Assembly: GCA_013265495.1 (NCBI GenBank)
Contig: MU057809.1
Coordinates: 1,107,062 to 1,171,061 of the forward strand
DNA: 64,000 nucleotides
Source of the DNA: Vicugna vicugna
Lineage: Eukaryota
Direction of reading: 5' to 3'
Shown: one piece after another, positions 1 through 11,990 of the stretch
Position numbering within the stretch: position 1 is the stretch's first letter
Layout: each line of letters opens with the position of its first letter
Notes under the pieces: generated by a model
Seen by the model: the letters and a program-made list of their open reading frames with translations, nothing else
What the model was told of the DNA's origin: nothing
Databases searched by the model: none
Made by a program: the position numbers and the translations under genes

Positions 1-601
1 CCTGTGCTCGCAGGGCCGAGGAGGAGTCCGGGACACAGGGCGTCAGAGACCAGGAGGGGGTGGGAGCTGTGGCGAGGACACGGGCAGGGACCGCTCCCCA
101 AGCGTCTCCTCAGCTCGGCCGGACACAGCGTCCCGGGCGCCTGGAGACAGACACACATGTCACTGAGCAGAGTGAGCAGAGAGCCAAAGCACAAGCTGGA
201 GTGCATGGCGGAGACGAGCGGGGCCAGGCTGTCACCACAGGGGCTCCAGGCAGTCACAGCACCTCTCAGGGGCTCAGCGGACCCTCTGGAGGAAGCTGAC
301 CGTGGTCTTCAGGGAGACACCCCAACTTCCGCAGACTGGTGCTCAGTCTCTTCTCTCCATTCCTGGGGTTCTCTGTGCTTTGCCTCTTCCGGAACTCCTC
401 CAGAAGCCAAGAAAGTCCTCCTTCATGGTCCTGCTCTGCGCCCCACCACCAGCTTCACAGTTACCGTCTACCCGGACGGGAACCGTGTTAAGCCCAGCTC
501 ACCGCACCTGCACGGATCTCCTAAGGGACCCTTCAAGGTGAGCAGCAGGGCCGCTGCAGCAAGAAAGGCACCGGCCTGAATGCAGGCGAAGGGGGACCCA
601 C

Positions 602-751
602 CTCCTTGTGCCCTTGGATCTGGGAGTTGACGAAGGCCCCGAGGATGTGGGAGGTGAGGGGCAGGTAGACGTGCACCAGCTGCGTCTCCTGGTGCAGGCA
701 GTACAGGGAGAAGTAGTTCCGAAGCTCCATCGTCTGGATCACGCTCTCCTG
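602..751 (-). CDS. SNX8: SNX8 exon 10 (150 nt); terminal exon lies left of the window
   Basis: QESVIQTMELRNYFSLYCLHQETQLVHVYLPLTSHILGAFVNSQIQGHKE; ctgcag| and |gtgggt; no terminal exon seen in 1-601. Confidence 0.95.
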
Positions 752-1016
752 CTGCAGAGCAAAGAGCCTCCCTGGCACCCAGCACGGTGACAGTGGGACC
801 GCAGGCCACCTCCCTCCTGAGCGCTGGGCCCGGCCCGTCCCCCGTGTCTGTCACAGCGGATTTGGCTACACCAGCTTGTCACTCGGTGCTCAGGCACCCG
901 CGTCCTAGAAGCCCACGGGGACAAGCACAGGATGCCCAGGGGATGGCCCGGGTCCAGCCTGCAGGTGTGGGAAGGGCCCTGCCCGCCCCCCATGTGGACC
1001 CCGGGCGCCGGCCCAC

Positions 1017-1166
1017 CTCCACGATGCGGGACTCCAGCTGCTCCACCGACTCGGGCTCGCGGTTGTGCGCGGCGGCGCTCATCACCTGCCGCTTCATCAG
1101 GCTGTACTTGTGCAGCGCCCGCTGGTGCTTGTGCAGCACGCCCTTCTCGTGCCGCTCACACAGGTC
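1017..1166 (-). CDS. SNX8: SNX8 exon 9 (150 nt)
   Basis: DLCERHEKGVLHKHQRALHKYSLMKRQVMSAAAHNREPESVEQLESRIVE; cacag| and |gtgggc. Confidence 0.96.
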
Positions 1167-1567
1167 CTGTGGGCGGGGGCGGGGGGGGTCAGCCCAGGGG
1201 CCAGGGCACCCGGACGGACTCACCGCCCGCGGCCTCCCCGTCGGGGTAGGATGGCTTTCCCGCCTTAGAAACAGCTCACGGGCACCCACTCGCTCCACTC
1301 GGTGTTTGCACGATGGAGCCGCCCAGGGCCCAACCGTGAGGTGTTTGCTGTGCGAATCGGCACCACAGCCAGAAACCCACGGGAAACCACATGAAACAGG
1401 CTTCGCTTAAGGGGAAAACGGACAGTGCAGAGCGCTGGGGCAGCTCTGGGCCTCAGCAGCAAACACCAGAAAGTCTCCAAAAGGAAGACACACTGACGTT
1501 TTCCTGGAGGCCTGAAATAACCCTAATCAGAAATCCGTGGGAATGTCAGCAGCAGAATCGCAGGGCT

Positions 1568-1718
1568 GGGGGAGGGTTATGCTCAGCAGGAAAGCACGTG
1601 CTTAGCACGCACGAGGTCCTGGGTTCAATCCCCAGTCCCTCCACTAAAGAGTAAAATTAAAAACTACTTAAAAAATACATAAAGAAACTTAATCACCCCC
1701 TCCCCCCCACCCAAAAAA
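1568..1718 (+). mobile_element. tRNA-Ala-derived SINE (Vic-1-like)
   Basis: B box GGTTCAATCC, A-rich tail; TSD agaatc(g/a)cagggct at 1554-1567 and 1718-1731. Confidence 0.85.
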
Positions 1719-2203
1719 GAATCACAGGGCTGTGACTTTAGAGGCCACCTGGCTACCATCTCACTGGAGAGGAGTCCCTTCTAGAACCTTCCCCACCAGC
1801 GCTTGGCCAGCTCTCTGAGCTCAGCATGAAGGACACTTGGGCCCCACAGGCAACCCACCCCACCCCTACACGGAGCTGAGGTCTGACGTCCCAGAACCTC
1901 CACCCACTGGAGAGGCCGGCTCCCTCTTCTCGGGCCAGCCCCTTGGTATTTACCGAGAGCTGTAAGAGTCACACTTACACACACGCTCACCCCTCTGCTC
2001 TCCCAGCGGGGAAGCCAGAGGCCATCCACACGCCTGCTGGAGCCCCAGGCCGCAGCTCCCTGCAGAGCCCACTCAGGGGAGCCTGTAGAGGGCCCAGCCG
2101 CCCTCTGCCACCCTGGCTCCCTTCCCCTCCAGTCACATCCTTGAAAGGTCACAGGATCCTTCTCGAAAGCTATGTTCCTGATGGAGGAGCAGCCAAGACT
2201 CAC

Positions 2204-2272
2204 TTTATAGGACTGAAGCAGATCCAGGAAGAGGTTCAGTTTCTCCACCACGTCGTTCTCTTCCTGTTTGCC
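2204..2272 (-). CDS. SNX8: SNX8 exon 8 (69 nt)
   Basis: GKQEENDVVEKLNLFLDLLQSYK; ttttccag| and |gtgagt. Confidence 0.96.
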
Positions 2273-3167
2273 CTGGAAAACACAGGGTGGGCTGGCCAAC
2301 ACCGAGCACACCGGATCCGAGGCCTGGCCAGAGACACAGCCGCAGGCTCTGCAGGGACACTCCACCCACACGACAGCCCGCCAAACATGAGGCCGAAGCC
2401 TCAGGCCCAGCAGGTGGCTGAGAATGAGGGTCAGCACCTGGTGGTGGCCCCCGACACAGTCCGCAGCCTGGCGGCCCCGCAGACAACAGAGCTGCTGAAG
2501 CTGTGAGCCGTTAGAGAGGGAGGGGAGGGAGGGTGTGCAGGGAACGAGGGGAGTCATCTCAGCTTCAGTCAGAGGGAGAGAAGCCAGCCCAGGAGGAGGC
2601 CGTGGGGAGAGCCTGCCGCTGTGGGGCTGAATGTGAAGCCGAGCTGCGCCATGTACACAAATTGCTGGTGCTCGGCTGACACAGGCGACGGGCCAGGCGG
2701 GCGCTCCTCCTGGGCCCTGCACACACCCCTGCACACAGGTCAAAGGGCCATGGCGAGCCCAGGGCGTCACGGGGGCAGCCCTGTTAGTGGAACGGGTGTT
2801 CCTGGTAATGACAGGTGAAGCCCTGCCCGGGGGGCACCCGTCACACACTGGGGACATGAACGTGACAGGGGCTTCCAGCAGCGGGAGCTCAGGATCGCAC
2901 ACACGCACGGACAAGCCGCGTGCACACAGCTGACCAACACAGATGCCGATGTTCACAGCTGCTCCCGGGCAGAAGGAGCCCGTGCCAAAGCCCTGGGCCC
3001 AGAGTCCGCGCTCCGGAGAGGCAGGCACCTGCCCTTGGTTGTAATGGCAACAGTCAGCGCTATGGTGCTTTCCCGGGAGCCCGACTAGGCTAACTCTGTG
3101 GTCCTGGCCATTTGAGGCAGTGGGGAAGCTCTAGCGCCCTCACATCCCTCAGCCACCAACGTGCGTC

Positions 3168-3250
3168 AAGCACCTCTCTGGCGTGTTTGCTGAGCACCTC
3201 TCCTGGGTGTTTGCTGAGCACCTGTCCTGGTGCTTGCTGAGCGCCTCTCT
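3168..3250. repeat. Minisatellite, about 24-bp unit, about 3.5 copies
   Basis: agcacctctc(c)tgg(c/g)gtgtttgctg repeated. Confidence 0.8.
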
Positions 3251-5542
3251 CCTGTGCAGCACCAGCTCCTTGGGGAAACCAAGCCCCTTCCGTAAACTCT
3301 AGAGCTCCAGCCACAGCAGAGAGTGAAAATCTCATCCCATAAACCGCCCATCAGACTTGGTGGGGAGGGTGCAGGCAGAGGGAGGCAGGAGACATAAAGG
3401 AAGGTCCAAGTTCAGTGGGGACACAAGCACTGGATGGGGAGCTGGGAGCCACCACTCAAGCTCTGCTACCTACGCGGGGGCCCCTGGGCCCTTCAGACCC
3501 ACTGGGCTCGGAGGCGCCCCGCCCCACTCAACCCCACACCCAGAGCCAAGGTTCTAGAAAACAAGGTGAAAAGAGGACAGTATCAGGCGTGCTGCAGAAC
3601 TTTAAGCTCAGAAAGGACAACGCCGGCCAGCCACAGGGGCCTGCTCCCCCCGACCAGGCCGGGGACACGGGAGCACGGAGGCTCCTCCCTGGTGTGCAGC
3701 ACGGGGTCCCCTGCTCCTGCCATTTGTACCAGGTTCCGTTTCTGGTCCGACGCCATTCAAGAGCCTAAACCACCAGCACAGCACGTGTGCCTTTACAGGA
3801 AGCACACATCCTACCACCCCATAAGACACAGCCCCACCGTGAGCCTCACTCATCTGGCTGGGACGCAGTCATCCGGGTCTCCTGACAGGGCTGCGGGGCA
3901 CAGAACCGGGACACACGAGGGCAGAACTAAGAGCCAGCCCTCGGATGCCTTCACCTGTACAGCAGGAGTGAAAGGGACCCCTCACCGGGACGGACGGAAG
4001 GCCTGTCACTCGTTCGTCTGATCAGCTTCGTGTTAAAACTACTAATTTCACATCAGCATAAAGACCACCAAGGACAAGGAGGAATATTCGGGACATGGCG
4101 CTTCTGCAGACATGACACTGCAAGGCAGCACTCGTGAGGAATCTAAGGCTTGGGGCTGGGAGGAACCTCAGAACACAAACTGCAGTGCGTCAGATGCCTG
4201 ACACCCCCCGTCTTCAAGGCAGAAGCAGCACCCGACCTGATGCAGAAAAGACGCTGCAAACGACGCCAGGCTTCCCATCCCGCTGGGCGCACTCCCGGGG
4301 TTACCTGTCCAAGAGGGAGCCGTGAACCCAGGGTGCAGGGCTCTGCAACAGAGCGGCTGCATTCGTGTGTTTCACAGACTGAGCTCTGAGTGCGGGGTCA
4401 AGGCTTAAACACAAAGGTTTTCAAGATCTAGTCCAGCCCCCTTGTTTCTAGTCACAGAGAAAAAGACGGGGACCAGAGCAGCCTGAGCAAGGACCCAGCA
4501 CCAGACACAGGCCACCCCCCTCCACCCGGCCAGTCCTCTGACACCAGGCTCTGGGTCCTCCCACCGTGGAGATGCAGGCGCCTCCCAGACCTGGAGGTGG
4601 GCCGGACCCAGCGCCAATGCCGAGACACCAACCCTGCCCTACGCTCAGCTTCTCAAGGGAACCCACAGGCAGAGGGACCAGAGAGGAAGAAAACCCAAAG
4701 CCTTCCAGACCAGAAAGGCGTCAGATTCCCTTTTCAGCACCGAGAGTCATCCCACCCAGCGCCTGAGGGCCCTGCCTGGAGCCTGAAAAGCCCCCAGTTC
4801 CACCGCCGCAGGTCGCCCGTGGCTGGGGGCCTGCAGCTGGTTACCAAGGAGCTTCGAGTCTGAGACGGGCATCAAGGCCTCACAGTGACATCATTTTGAA
4901 GTATTTAAAACCACCTACCAGCAGCCTAAAGTCCACTTCCCCAAGAACAGGGAGCAAACGTCAAAATCATGGAGCGGTTTGGTAGCACAGAGCACCAGAC
5001 AACCCTCCACCTGAGGCGAGCGCTGCGTCTGCAGATGAATCCCCAGCCAGGAGTCTGCGGGTTTCTACAGGCGGCACCCGCCGGGCAGCAGAAGCCCCTC
5101 CGAGGCTGACTGGGCACCCGGGGTGAGCGGCGGCGGGAGTCTCCCAGGCGCCGGGAGCTCATTCGTTCGGATGAGTTGTCAAGTGGCCGAGTACCAGCTG
5201 ACTTGAGCAGCAAAACGGAAACTTCCTGGTCCACCCAGAAGCATCCTGGGACATCCAACACTGGATTTTCAAGGACAGATCACGTCTTCTAATCTCAGCA
5301 AAGTCAACGCCCAAGAGACCAGAACCCAATGGGTCTCTGTCATCGGTGACCCTCTGAAGAGTGTAAGTAGCTCGCGGGACGCCACCCAGAACAGATGGGG
5401 ACACGCGGTTCCGACCTGAGAGCAGCTGTCCACTCACTCGAGACTCTAAATACCGACGGCCACCCCGGAAGGAGCCTCTCCCACGTGCCAAGGGGCACAG
5501 GACATTCTCGGAGCAGGTGCCACAGAGAACAGACCCACTCAC

Positions 5543-5675
5543 CTGCTGCGCAGCCTTGTCGGCGAGCAGTGCAAATTCAACGGACAGGCCTCTCAGCGCC
5601 TGCTTGAGGGACCCCCACGTGCTGCTGCTCAGAGCGGCCCAGGAGGGGAGCGGCGTCGTGTCAGACCCTAAAGTG
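5543..5675 (-). CDS. SNX8: SNX8 exon 7 (133 nt)
   Basis: TLGSDTTPLPSWAALSSSTWGSLKQALRGLSVEFALLADKAAQQ; ctcag| and |gtgagt. Confidence 0.96.
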
Positions 5676-6169
5676 CTGAGCGCAAAGGAACACGGGGGGC
5701 GGAGACACTCAGGCGGGGCGGCCGGTGGGCAGCCCACCCGACACGCCTCTGCCTGACACGAGCCACTCAGGGCGGCCTGCGCGGCTCTGAGCCAGGCCCT
5801 GCTGCTCAGAGGGCGGGCCACAGCAGGCCTGGGAGCTCCCCTGCCAGGACCCGGAACCAACGCTGTCAACGAGGCCCCTGGGGACGTGTGCACAGTGGGC
5901 TTGGGACGCACAGTTCTAAGCGTGACCGGCCCCGGCGTCCTGTCCCGAGTCAGATGAACCTTTTCTCAGATCCCACCCTGACAACGGGGAAAACCCAGAC
6001 GTTCAGGATCCCACGCTGCTCTGCCTACGCCCTCCACCTTGTCTCTTCCAGACGCCATCTCCTGTCTCCCCACACGCTCCTTCCCCCTGTGGAGCTGGTC
6101 ACTGCACTTTCCACTCCAAGCCCCTGACCAAAGTCTAAAGACCCCTCCCCACCGAGCGGGGCCACCTGC

Positions 6170-6330
6170 CTCAGCTCCTTCCCGAACACGAGAAGGTCGG
6201 CAGCGCTGTCGATGGCCCGCGACACCATGCGCTCGGCCCGGTCACGAAGTTTGTAAAAGCTGTTGTAGACGTTGCGGATCAGCTCCCGGCTGATGGCGAA
6301 CTGAGCCTGGATGTCCGCCGGGAGGAAGTC
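6170..6330 (-). CDS. SNX8: SNX8 exon 6 (161 nt), BAR region; ends at a GC donor
   Basis: DFLPADIQAQFAISRELIRNVYNSFYKLRDRAERMVSRAIDSAADLLVFGKEL(S); the frame with exon 7 is kept only by splicing at AG|GCAGGT. Confidence 0.92.
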
Positions 6331-6754
6331 CTGACGGGTGGGGAGGGAGGAAAACTCTGGTTACCAGAAGCGAAATGCCTTCAGAAAAGACGACCCAGTG
6401 GAGAGGGGGGCGACGCCAACAGCTGAGCAGGGAAATGAGCCCAGGGCCCCAGGCCCCAGTCCCAGCCCAGCCCGCAAGCCCGCTTCTCTCTAGCACCTGC
6501 CCTGGACCCCCCTTCTCATCCACAGAAGCAGCAGAAACGTCCACAGTACACACCACAAAGCGTGATCTTCACGCTCGAAACGGCAACGTGCAGGCCTGAC
6601 TCCACGCACGGGGGCCTCTGACTGCCCTCGGCTGTTCCCGAGAGTAACTTCTCACCAGCGTCACTGCTACCTACCTACTGATGCTAACACTAACTACACA
6701 ATGCTTGAAAACAAGCACCTTAGGGACTAAGGTGAAAACAAAAGCACATTTCTG

Positions 6755-6877
6755 CGGGGCAGCAGTGCAGCTCAGTGGTAGGGCACAGGCTTAGCCTGCA
6801 CAAGGTCCTGGGTTCACTCCCCAGCACCTCCATAAAGTAATAAATAAATAAATGAACCTAATCACCCCCCAAACAAC
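6755..6877 (+). mobile_element. tRNA-Ala-derived SINE (Vic-1-like)
   Basis: AGCTCAGTGGTAG...GGTCCTGGGTTCA.TCCCCAGCACCTCC, (TAAA)n and ACCTAATCACC tail shared with other copies. Confidence 0.85.
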
Positions 6878-7376
6878 ATGAATTGTTCTAACGCGTTTGT
6901 TTGGAGAAGGAGCGTAAGAAAGAACTGCTTTTATAAGAGCCACCAAATAGCTGCTTTCATTCTTCTGAGAAAAAGACCATATTAAATAGATTTTAAAACA
7001 AACCAGAACATCAGTCCCCTGGAATCTGAAAAGCTGACGCCCACGCATGGGTCCATCTGAGTCATGAAACACCTCGGGACGTGGGGCAGGAGCCTGGAGG
7101 GCCCTGCGGGCGGGGCTCAGCCACGTGCGGGCCCTGCCGCCTAGACGCCTGGGGACCCTGGCAAGCGGCAGCCTGTCTGCGCTTGTTTCCTCTTCTGTAC
7201 GACGGGCCTGGCACCTGCCGTTTCAGAGTGGTCTAAACCAGGGTTAAATGAGAAAAATGAGCACTGCACCTTAGCCTGGGCCCTGGCACGTGGTGGGGGC
7301 AAGCTAAACATCACCAGCTGTCGCCACAATTACTGCTCTGGCTCAGAGGAAGCGGTCATCCAGCTCAGGACTCTAC

Positions 7377-7457
7377 CTTGGCCCGAGCGGCCAGCTTACA
7401 ATTCACGAATTCGTCTCCCACGTACTGGGCGGACTCCTTCAGCTTGTTCTGCACATC
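7377..7457 (-). CDS. SNX8: SNX8 exon 5 (81 nt)
   Basis: DVQNKLKESAQYVGDEFVNCKLAARAK; ttttgcag| and |gtagag. Confidence 0.95.
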
Positions 7458-9272
7458 CTGCAAAAGGGAGGGAGAAGCACGTGAGCCTCCTCCACCCGCC
7501 GCAGAAAAGCCGGCGTCAGACCAACCAAGTCGCCAGGAAGCGGGACGCCGCCCTCCCCGAGAGAACAGCGTCTCCCTGCGCAGGCTTCCACATGAGTGGT
7601 AACCTCTTCTCGTCTCCTGTTCCATTTTCCTCTCAGTGGCCTCAAGCTTGGGGTGGCGGGCTTTCCACAGACAGGAAGGCCCGAGGTCATGGCAGCACCG
7701 CCAGCTCCAGCTCCAGCTCCAGAGGGAAAACCTCTGCCCAGAAAAACGGGAACTCCAACTGCAGACCAGGGACACCAGTCCTCCAGACAGATATCAGGGT
7801 GATTACGTCCTGGTAGGGCCACGTGGGGCGCAGAGGCGGAGGCTGAGGTCTCTTCCTTCCGGTGGCTGGACCCGTGAGAACGGCGCCCCTGAGCCCGGGG
7901 AGAACGGGTGGGCAGAGGCAGGGCAGCACTCGGGGTCCCCAGCCCTGGCTCTGAGCCCTGCTCCCTGGAGGGAGGCTCCCTGGCAGCGCCACGCCCAGAG
8001 CTGAGGGCCCTACAGAGAGTGCAGGAAACCGAGGCAGAGAGCCTAACATGCAGCTGTGTAGGGTCAGGAGTTCCAGAATTTCAGGGATGCCTTTGAGAGT
8101 GTTTGTCCCAATTCTCTCATTTTACCAAAGAAGAAAACGGAGCTGGGGAAGCGCCGGGGACACCCTGCCTGCTGCCGCCGGCCCCCGCCTCCCTCCCCAT
8201 CCTCGGGCCACGCCGAGCTCCCCCATCCCACCACGTTCCTCCACAGCTGTAAGGCGGGCTGTTCTGCAGAAACCTGCCCGCCCGAGGGTTCAAAAGACCC
8301 GTGCTCCCGGCTCAGAGGCAAGCATTCACCGAGTGTCTGGAATGGCCTCGCCAAAGGGGCAGCGCTGGCAGGCACCCCAGGCATCGCAGAGGGGCAGCCC
8401 ACAGCCGGCTCTCGGGGTCAAAGGCCCTCGCAGCCTCCAGGAGCGGGGGGGAAGGGACAGACTCGTGCGGAGGCGGCCTCTGCGGCCTCCTGCGGCTGGG
8501 AGGTGGGAGCCGAGACCCCCCCCCCACCAGGTGCCTGCTCAGAAGGGGGTTTCCTCCAACAGTGGAGACAGGACACGCCTATCCCACCGCAGGGCATCCT
8601 CGTGGGTGCCCCCTCCACCCGCCCCCAAAAGGAGGGTCCCTCCGGGAAACCTCTCTGCCCACGAAGAGCTTAGCCCTGGGGAATCGGGGCCCCCACGCAG
8701 CATCTTGCTCTCAGCTGGGCACAAGGGCTGTGCCTTGGCTTCCTGACTCGTGGACGGCCTGACAGCAGCCTGGAGAGGGGAAGCCACGGCTCTGACTTCT
8801 CACAGGAGCCAGGGCCGGGGCAGAGCTCCCTCCCAGCACACGCATCCACCCCGCAGCTCTGCCAGGGAGAGTCAGCCGGTGCGCCCTGTGATACTGAACC
8901 AAAGCCAGCCTGGCCTTTAAACACCTGTTCACATCTGGAGTCTCCAGCTCATCTGCAAACCTCCAAACCACGGAGCCGTCTGCGCATTACCCTCAAACCC
9001 TCGTGGCTGTGCTGAGGAACACCACTTCCTCCCGGACGCACAAAGCCCAGAGAGCCAGACCAGGGATCCCCTTATAGTCACACCCAACCTGTTCCCGGGG
9101 GAGAAAGTAAATCTCATGTAGACAGAGCCCACCAGGGCACCCAAACCAGGGGACTGAGAGAGGGAGGAATGGGAGACCATGAGACAAAAGCAAATTTCAG
9201 AATGAAGACAGGAGCCGGGAGCCTCAGGCCCAGCATCCGGACCAAGCGGGCGGCCGCCCGGGAGGTACTCAC

Positions 9273-9394
9273 AGGGCCGGTGAAGGACAGGAACAGCTTG
9301 AGGACGACGTCCTCGGAGAAAGGGGGGTGCCGGGCCACCAGGTTGATGAAGCGTTTCAGCGCTCTCCGCCGGGCCTCTATGAACTCCCTGTCGG
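9273..9394 (-). CDS. SNX8: SNX8 exon 4 (122 nt)
   Basis: ADREFIEARRRALKRFINLVARHPPFSEDVVLKLFLSFTGP; cttcag| and |gtgagt. Confidence 0.96.
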
Positions 9395-10885
9395 CTGAAG
9401 GCAGAGCCCGGAGTGACCTGGCGGGAACCCAGGGGACCTCCCGTGCTGAGGCCTCAAAGCCATGTGGTCTGGCCGAGACAGACCCAGAGGCCGCAGGACA
9501 AGGCGGGACACAGCCCCCCCCTGCCCCGCCCCCTGCAAGCAGCCCTGGGCTGGGGCTCTGCCGGGAACACCGAGGCGCCCGCTGGTTTGCTCAGCAGCAC
9601 CGGGCCCCTCGCCGTGGTGTCTCAGTCGCAGGCTTCCACGACCCCGCCAACACTGCGTGCTACAAACAAGTGGGTATGCAACCCTCGTACGGCCCCTCAG
9701 CCCAGTTCCCACTCACTCACTGCCACTCACCCTCTGCATATGCTGACTGTGCAGTGAGGAGATTTAAATCTGACCACAGAGAAAAACAGTATTTAAAACA
9801 CTGTCTTAAAACTACTGAAGAAAGAAAAGCCGGGTGAGGCTCCCTGCCCCTCAAGGCCGCCAGGAGTCCACCCATGGGGACCGCGCCACCATAAAAGCCA
9901 GAACACGCGGTCAGGCCTCGCACGGCGGCTGCCAGCTCCCACACCCTGCCTGTCCTCAGTCAGCCCTGATGCCCGGGCTCTGTGAGCGCCCACCCCACTC
10001 CCGAAACATCTCTGGCCCTCCGGCCCTGACATCCCTCCCCCCCTCCGGTGACACACTCTGCCCTGTGCGCACATGTGGGGCAAGGAGATGGTCACAGTGC
10101 CCGAGTCTGAGCTGGCCAGGGAGTGGTGAGGGCAAAGCTCTTCACGGTGGTTGGAAAATGGCAAAAACCCGACCTGCCGGCTCTGGGCGCTTGCCTTCCC
10201 ATTAGGTTTTATTTGGAACTTGAGGCAAGGGCCGTGGGTGAGGGTCAAGAAGACCTGAGAGGAGGCTGTGGGCACCGCCCACTCCAGAAGCCCAGCAGAG
10301 ACAGGCCAGCGCCACCCAGAGGCACCCGCGGCCCCTCACCTAGCCCCAGGTAACTGCAGGGGAAGCAATGAAGATCCAACAGCCATCTGCTAGTTTTTTA
10401 TGTCCTTTGAGATGCAAATTAATCCCCGCCCATGGGCACTTCTGCTCCGGGGCAGGGGCAGGAGCCAGCCTAACCCGGGGGTGGTACCCACTGCTCAGGC
10501 TCGCAGCACTCCCCGGCCCCCCACCAGAACCCCAGGACTACCCAGCCCTGCCCTCTGGGAAGGAGAGTGGGCTATACCCTTTCTCCCCTGCACAACAGGT
10601 GCCTCCCTCAGGTCAGTCACCAAGAAGGGGGTTCATGCAGGCCATGGGCAGCAGGTGATGTCACCCCCCCCCGACTCCCTGGAGCAGACCTGGGCTCTCA
10701 GCCACAGCCGCACCCCGGGACAACCCCGGGCTAGCACGTCCCAGCAGCCCTGCTGCCGCCCCCTCCCGCGGGGCAGAGGGCCCAGAAGAAGACCGGCCAG
10801 GAGTGGAGAGTGGCGTCCATCCTCGGCACCTGGGGTTGGAGGCCCCCACTTCCCTGCACCCCCGGACTCTGGACCACCCGCTTAC

Positions 10886-11003
10886 CTCCCAGCATCCTCT
10901 TGGGCGGGAGGGCCGGCACCATGCGGTACGGGAACTTCTGCAGCAGCGTCTCGTGGAAGACCACGAAGTCGTTGTACCGCCGGTACACAGACGACTGGAA
11001 GCG
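10886..11003 (-). CDS. SNX8: SNX8 exon 3 (118 nt), PX core
   Basis: RFQSSVYRRYNDFVVFHETLLQKFPYRMVPALPPKRMLG with the PX RRY and PxLPPK motifs; AG and GTAAG boundaries. Confidence 0.97.
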
Positions 11004-11799
11004 CTGCAGGGCAAAGGGCGCGGAGCTCGGACCCCTCACCAGGGCCCCACGTCTCACTGCTGCCCCGACCGTCTCTGCTAGCACCGGACAGACCCGGAGA
11101 GACAACATCGCTGCCCTCCCCGCCTCCCCTCCCAGGCCTCTAGCAACAGGAGAAGCCTGAGCGTCTCAATGTGTGGAAGCAGACGGCAAGCCCTGCGCAG
11201 CTCCGACTGCACACTTAGCTGCCCACTGCTTCCGATCTTCTGAAAGACACAAGCCTCTTTTGGAGGTTTCAGTGCCACGGTGGCATCAGTCCGGTCCCAG
11301 AAGGGAGCACAGAACCACCCCTGCAGGAGCGTCCCTAACAGGCACTTTCAGACGACACGAACACAGTGGCACACACCTCCTCAAGCGGACCCAAACGCTG
11401 AACACGGAGACGTGCAATTCAAACAAACCGCCGACAGATCCCACCCTGAGCCTGCCCCTGATAAGCCTGCGGGCTCCCCAAGACTGGCATCCGGTCCGGA
11501 GAGTAACCCCACAGGGTCGAGGACAAAAGCTCACATGAGGACCACGCGTGAGCAGCGATCTCGAATATTACACGTCACACCAGTTACCATCGCTGCGGGG
11601 CAGCAGCCAGTCAGGGGAGGCTGCAGGCTGTGACTCCACCGACAGGACACCACGCAAAAGGCAAAACTGAGACGCAGGACCCAGAGGATCCAAGAGCTCG
11701 GGGTGCTGAGGGCAGGCTGAGCCGCCGGGGGCTGCGCACTGCGGAGGTCTTCCTGTGAGCCGAGCCCCCACCATCACCACTGCCCCAGCTCGGCGGTAC

Positions 11800-11990
11800 C
11801 TGGCTGGAGACCTCATACTCCACGTGCTTCAGGAAGAGGCCCTTCTTCTCGGGGATGAGCTCCACCTGCACCACGTCCCTGGCCAGCAGCTCCTGCAGCG
11901 TGAGAGACAGCAGCAGCGGGTTCCCTGGCGGCATCTGCATCCGACTGGCGTCCGGGGCCCTCTGCTCGCCGACCTGGGGCACTGGCGGGT
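11800..11990 (-). CDS. SNX8: SNX8 exon 2 (191 nt), start of PX domain
   Basis: tctcctgcag|...SRMQMPPGNPLLLSLTLQELLARDVVQVELIPEKKGLFLKHVEYEVSSQ|gtaccg; phase fits exon 1. Confidence 0.96.

Noticed and set aside
1167..1235. Possible ortholog of a human intronic miRNA I recall annotated in SNX8 (MIR6836)
   Set aside because: The location is from memory only, and I see no convincing hairpin or mature-sequence match here.
1781..3028. 415-aa minus-strand ORF
   Set aside because: Only 69 nt is SNX8 exon 8; the rest is GC-rich intron with no recognisable protein features.
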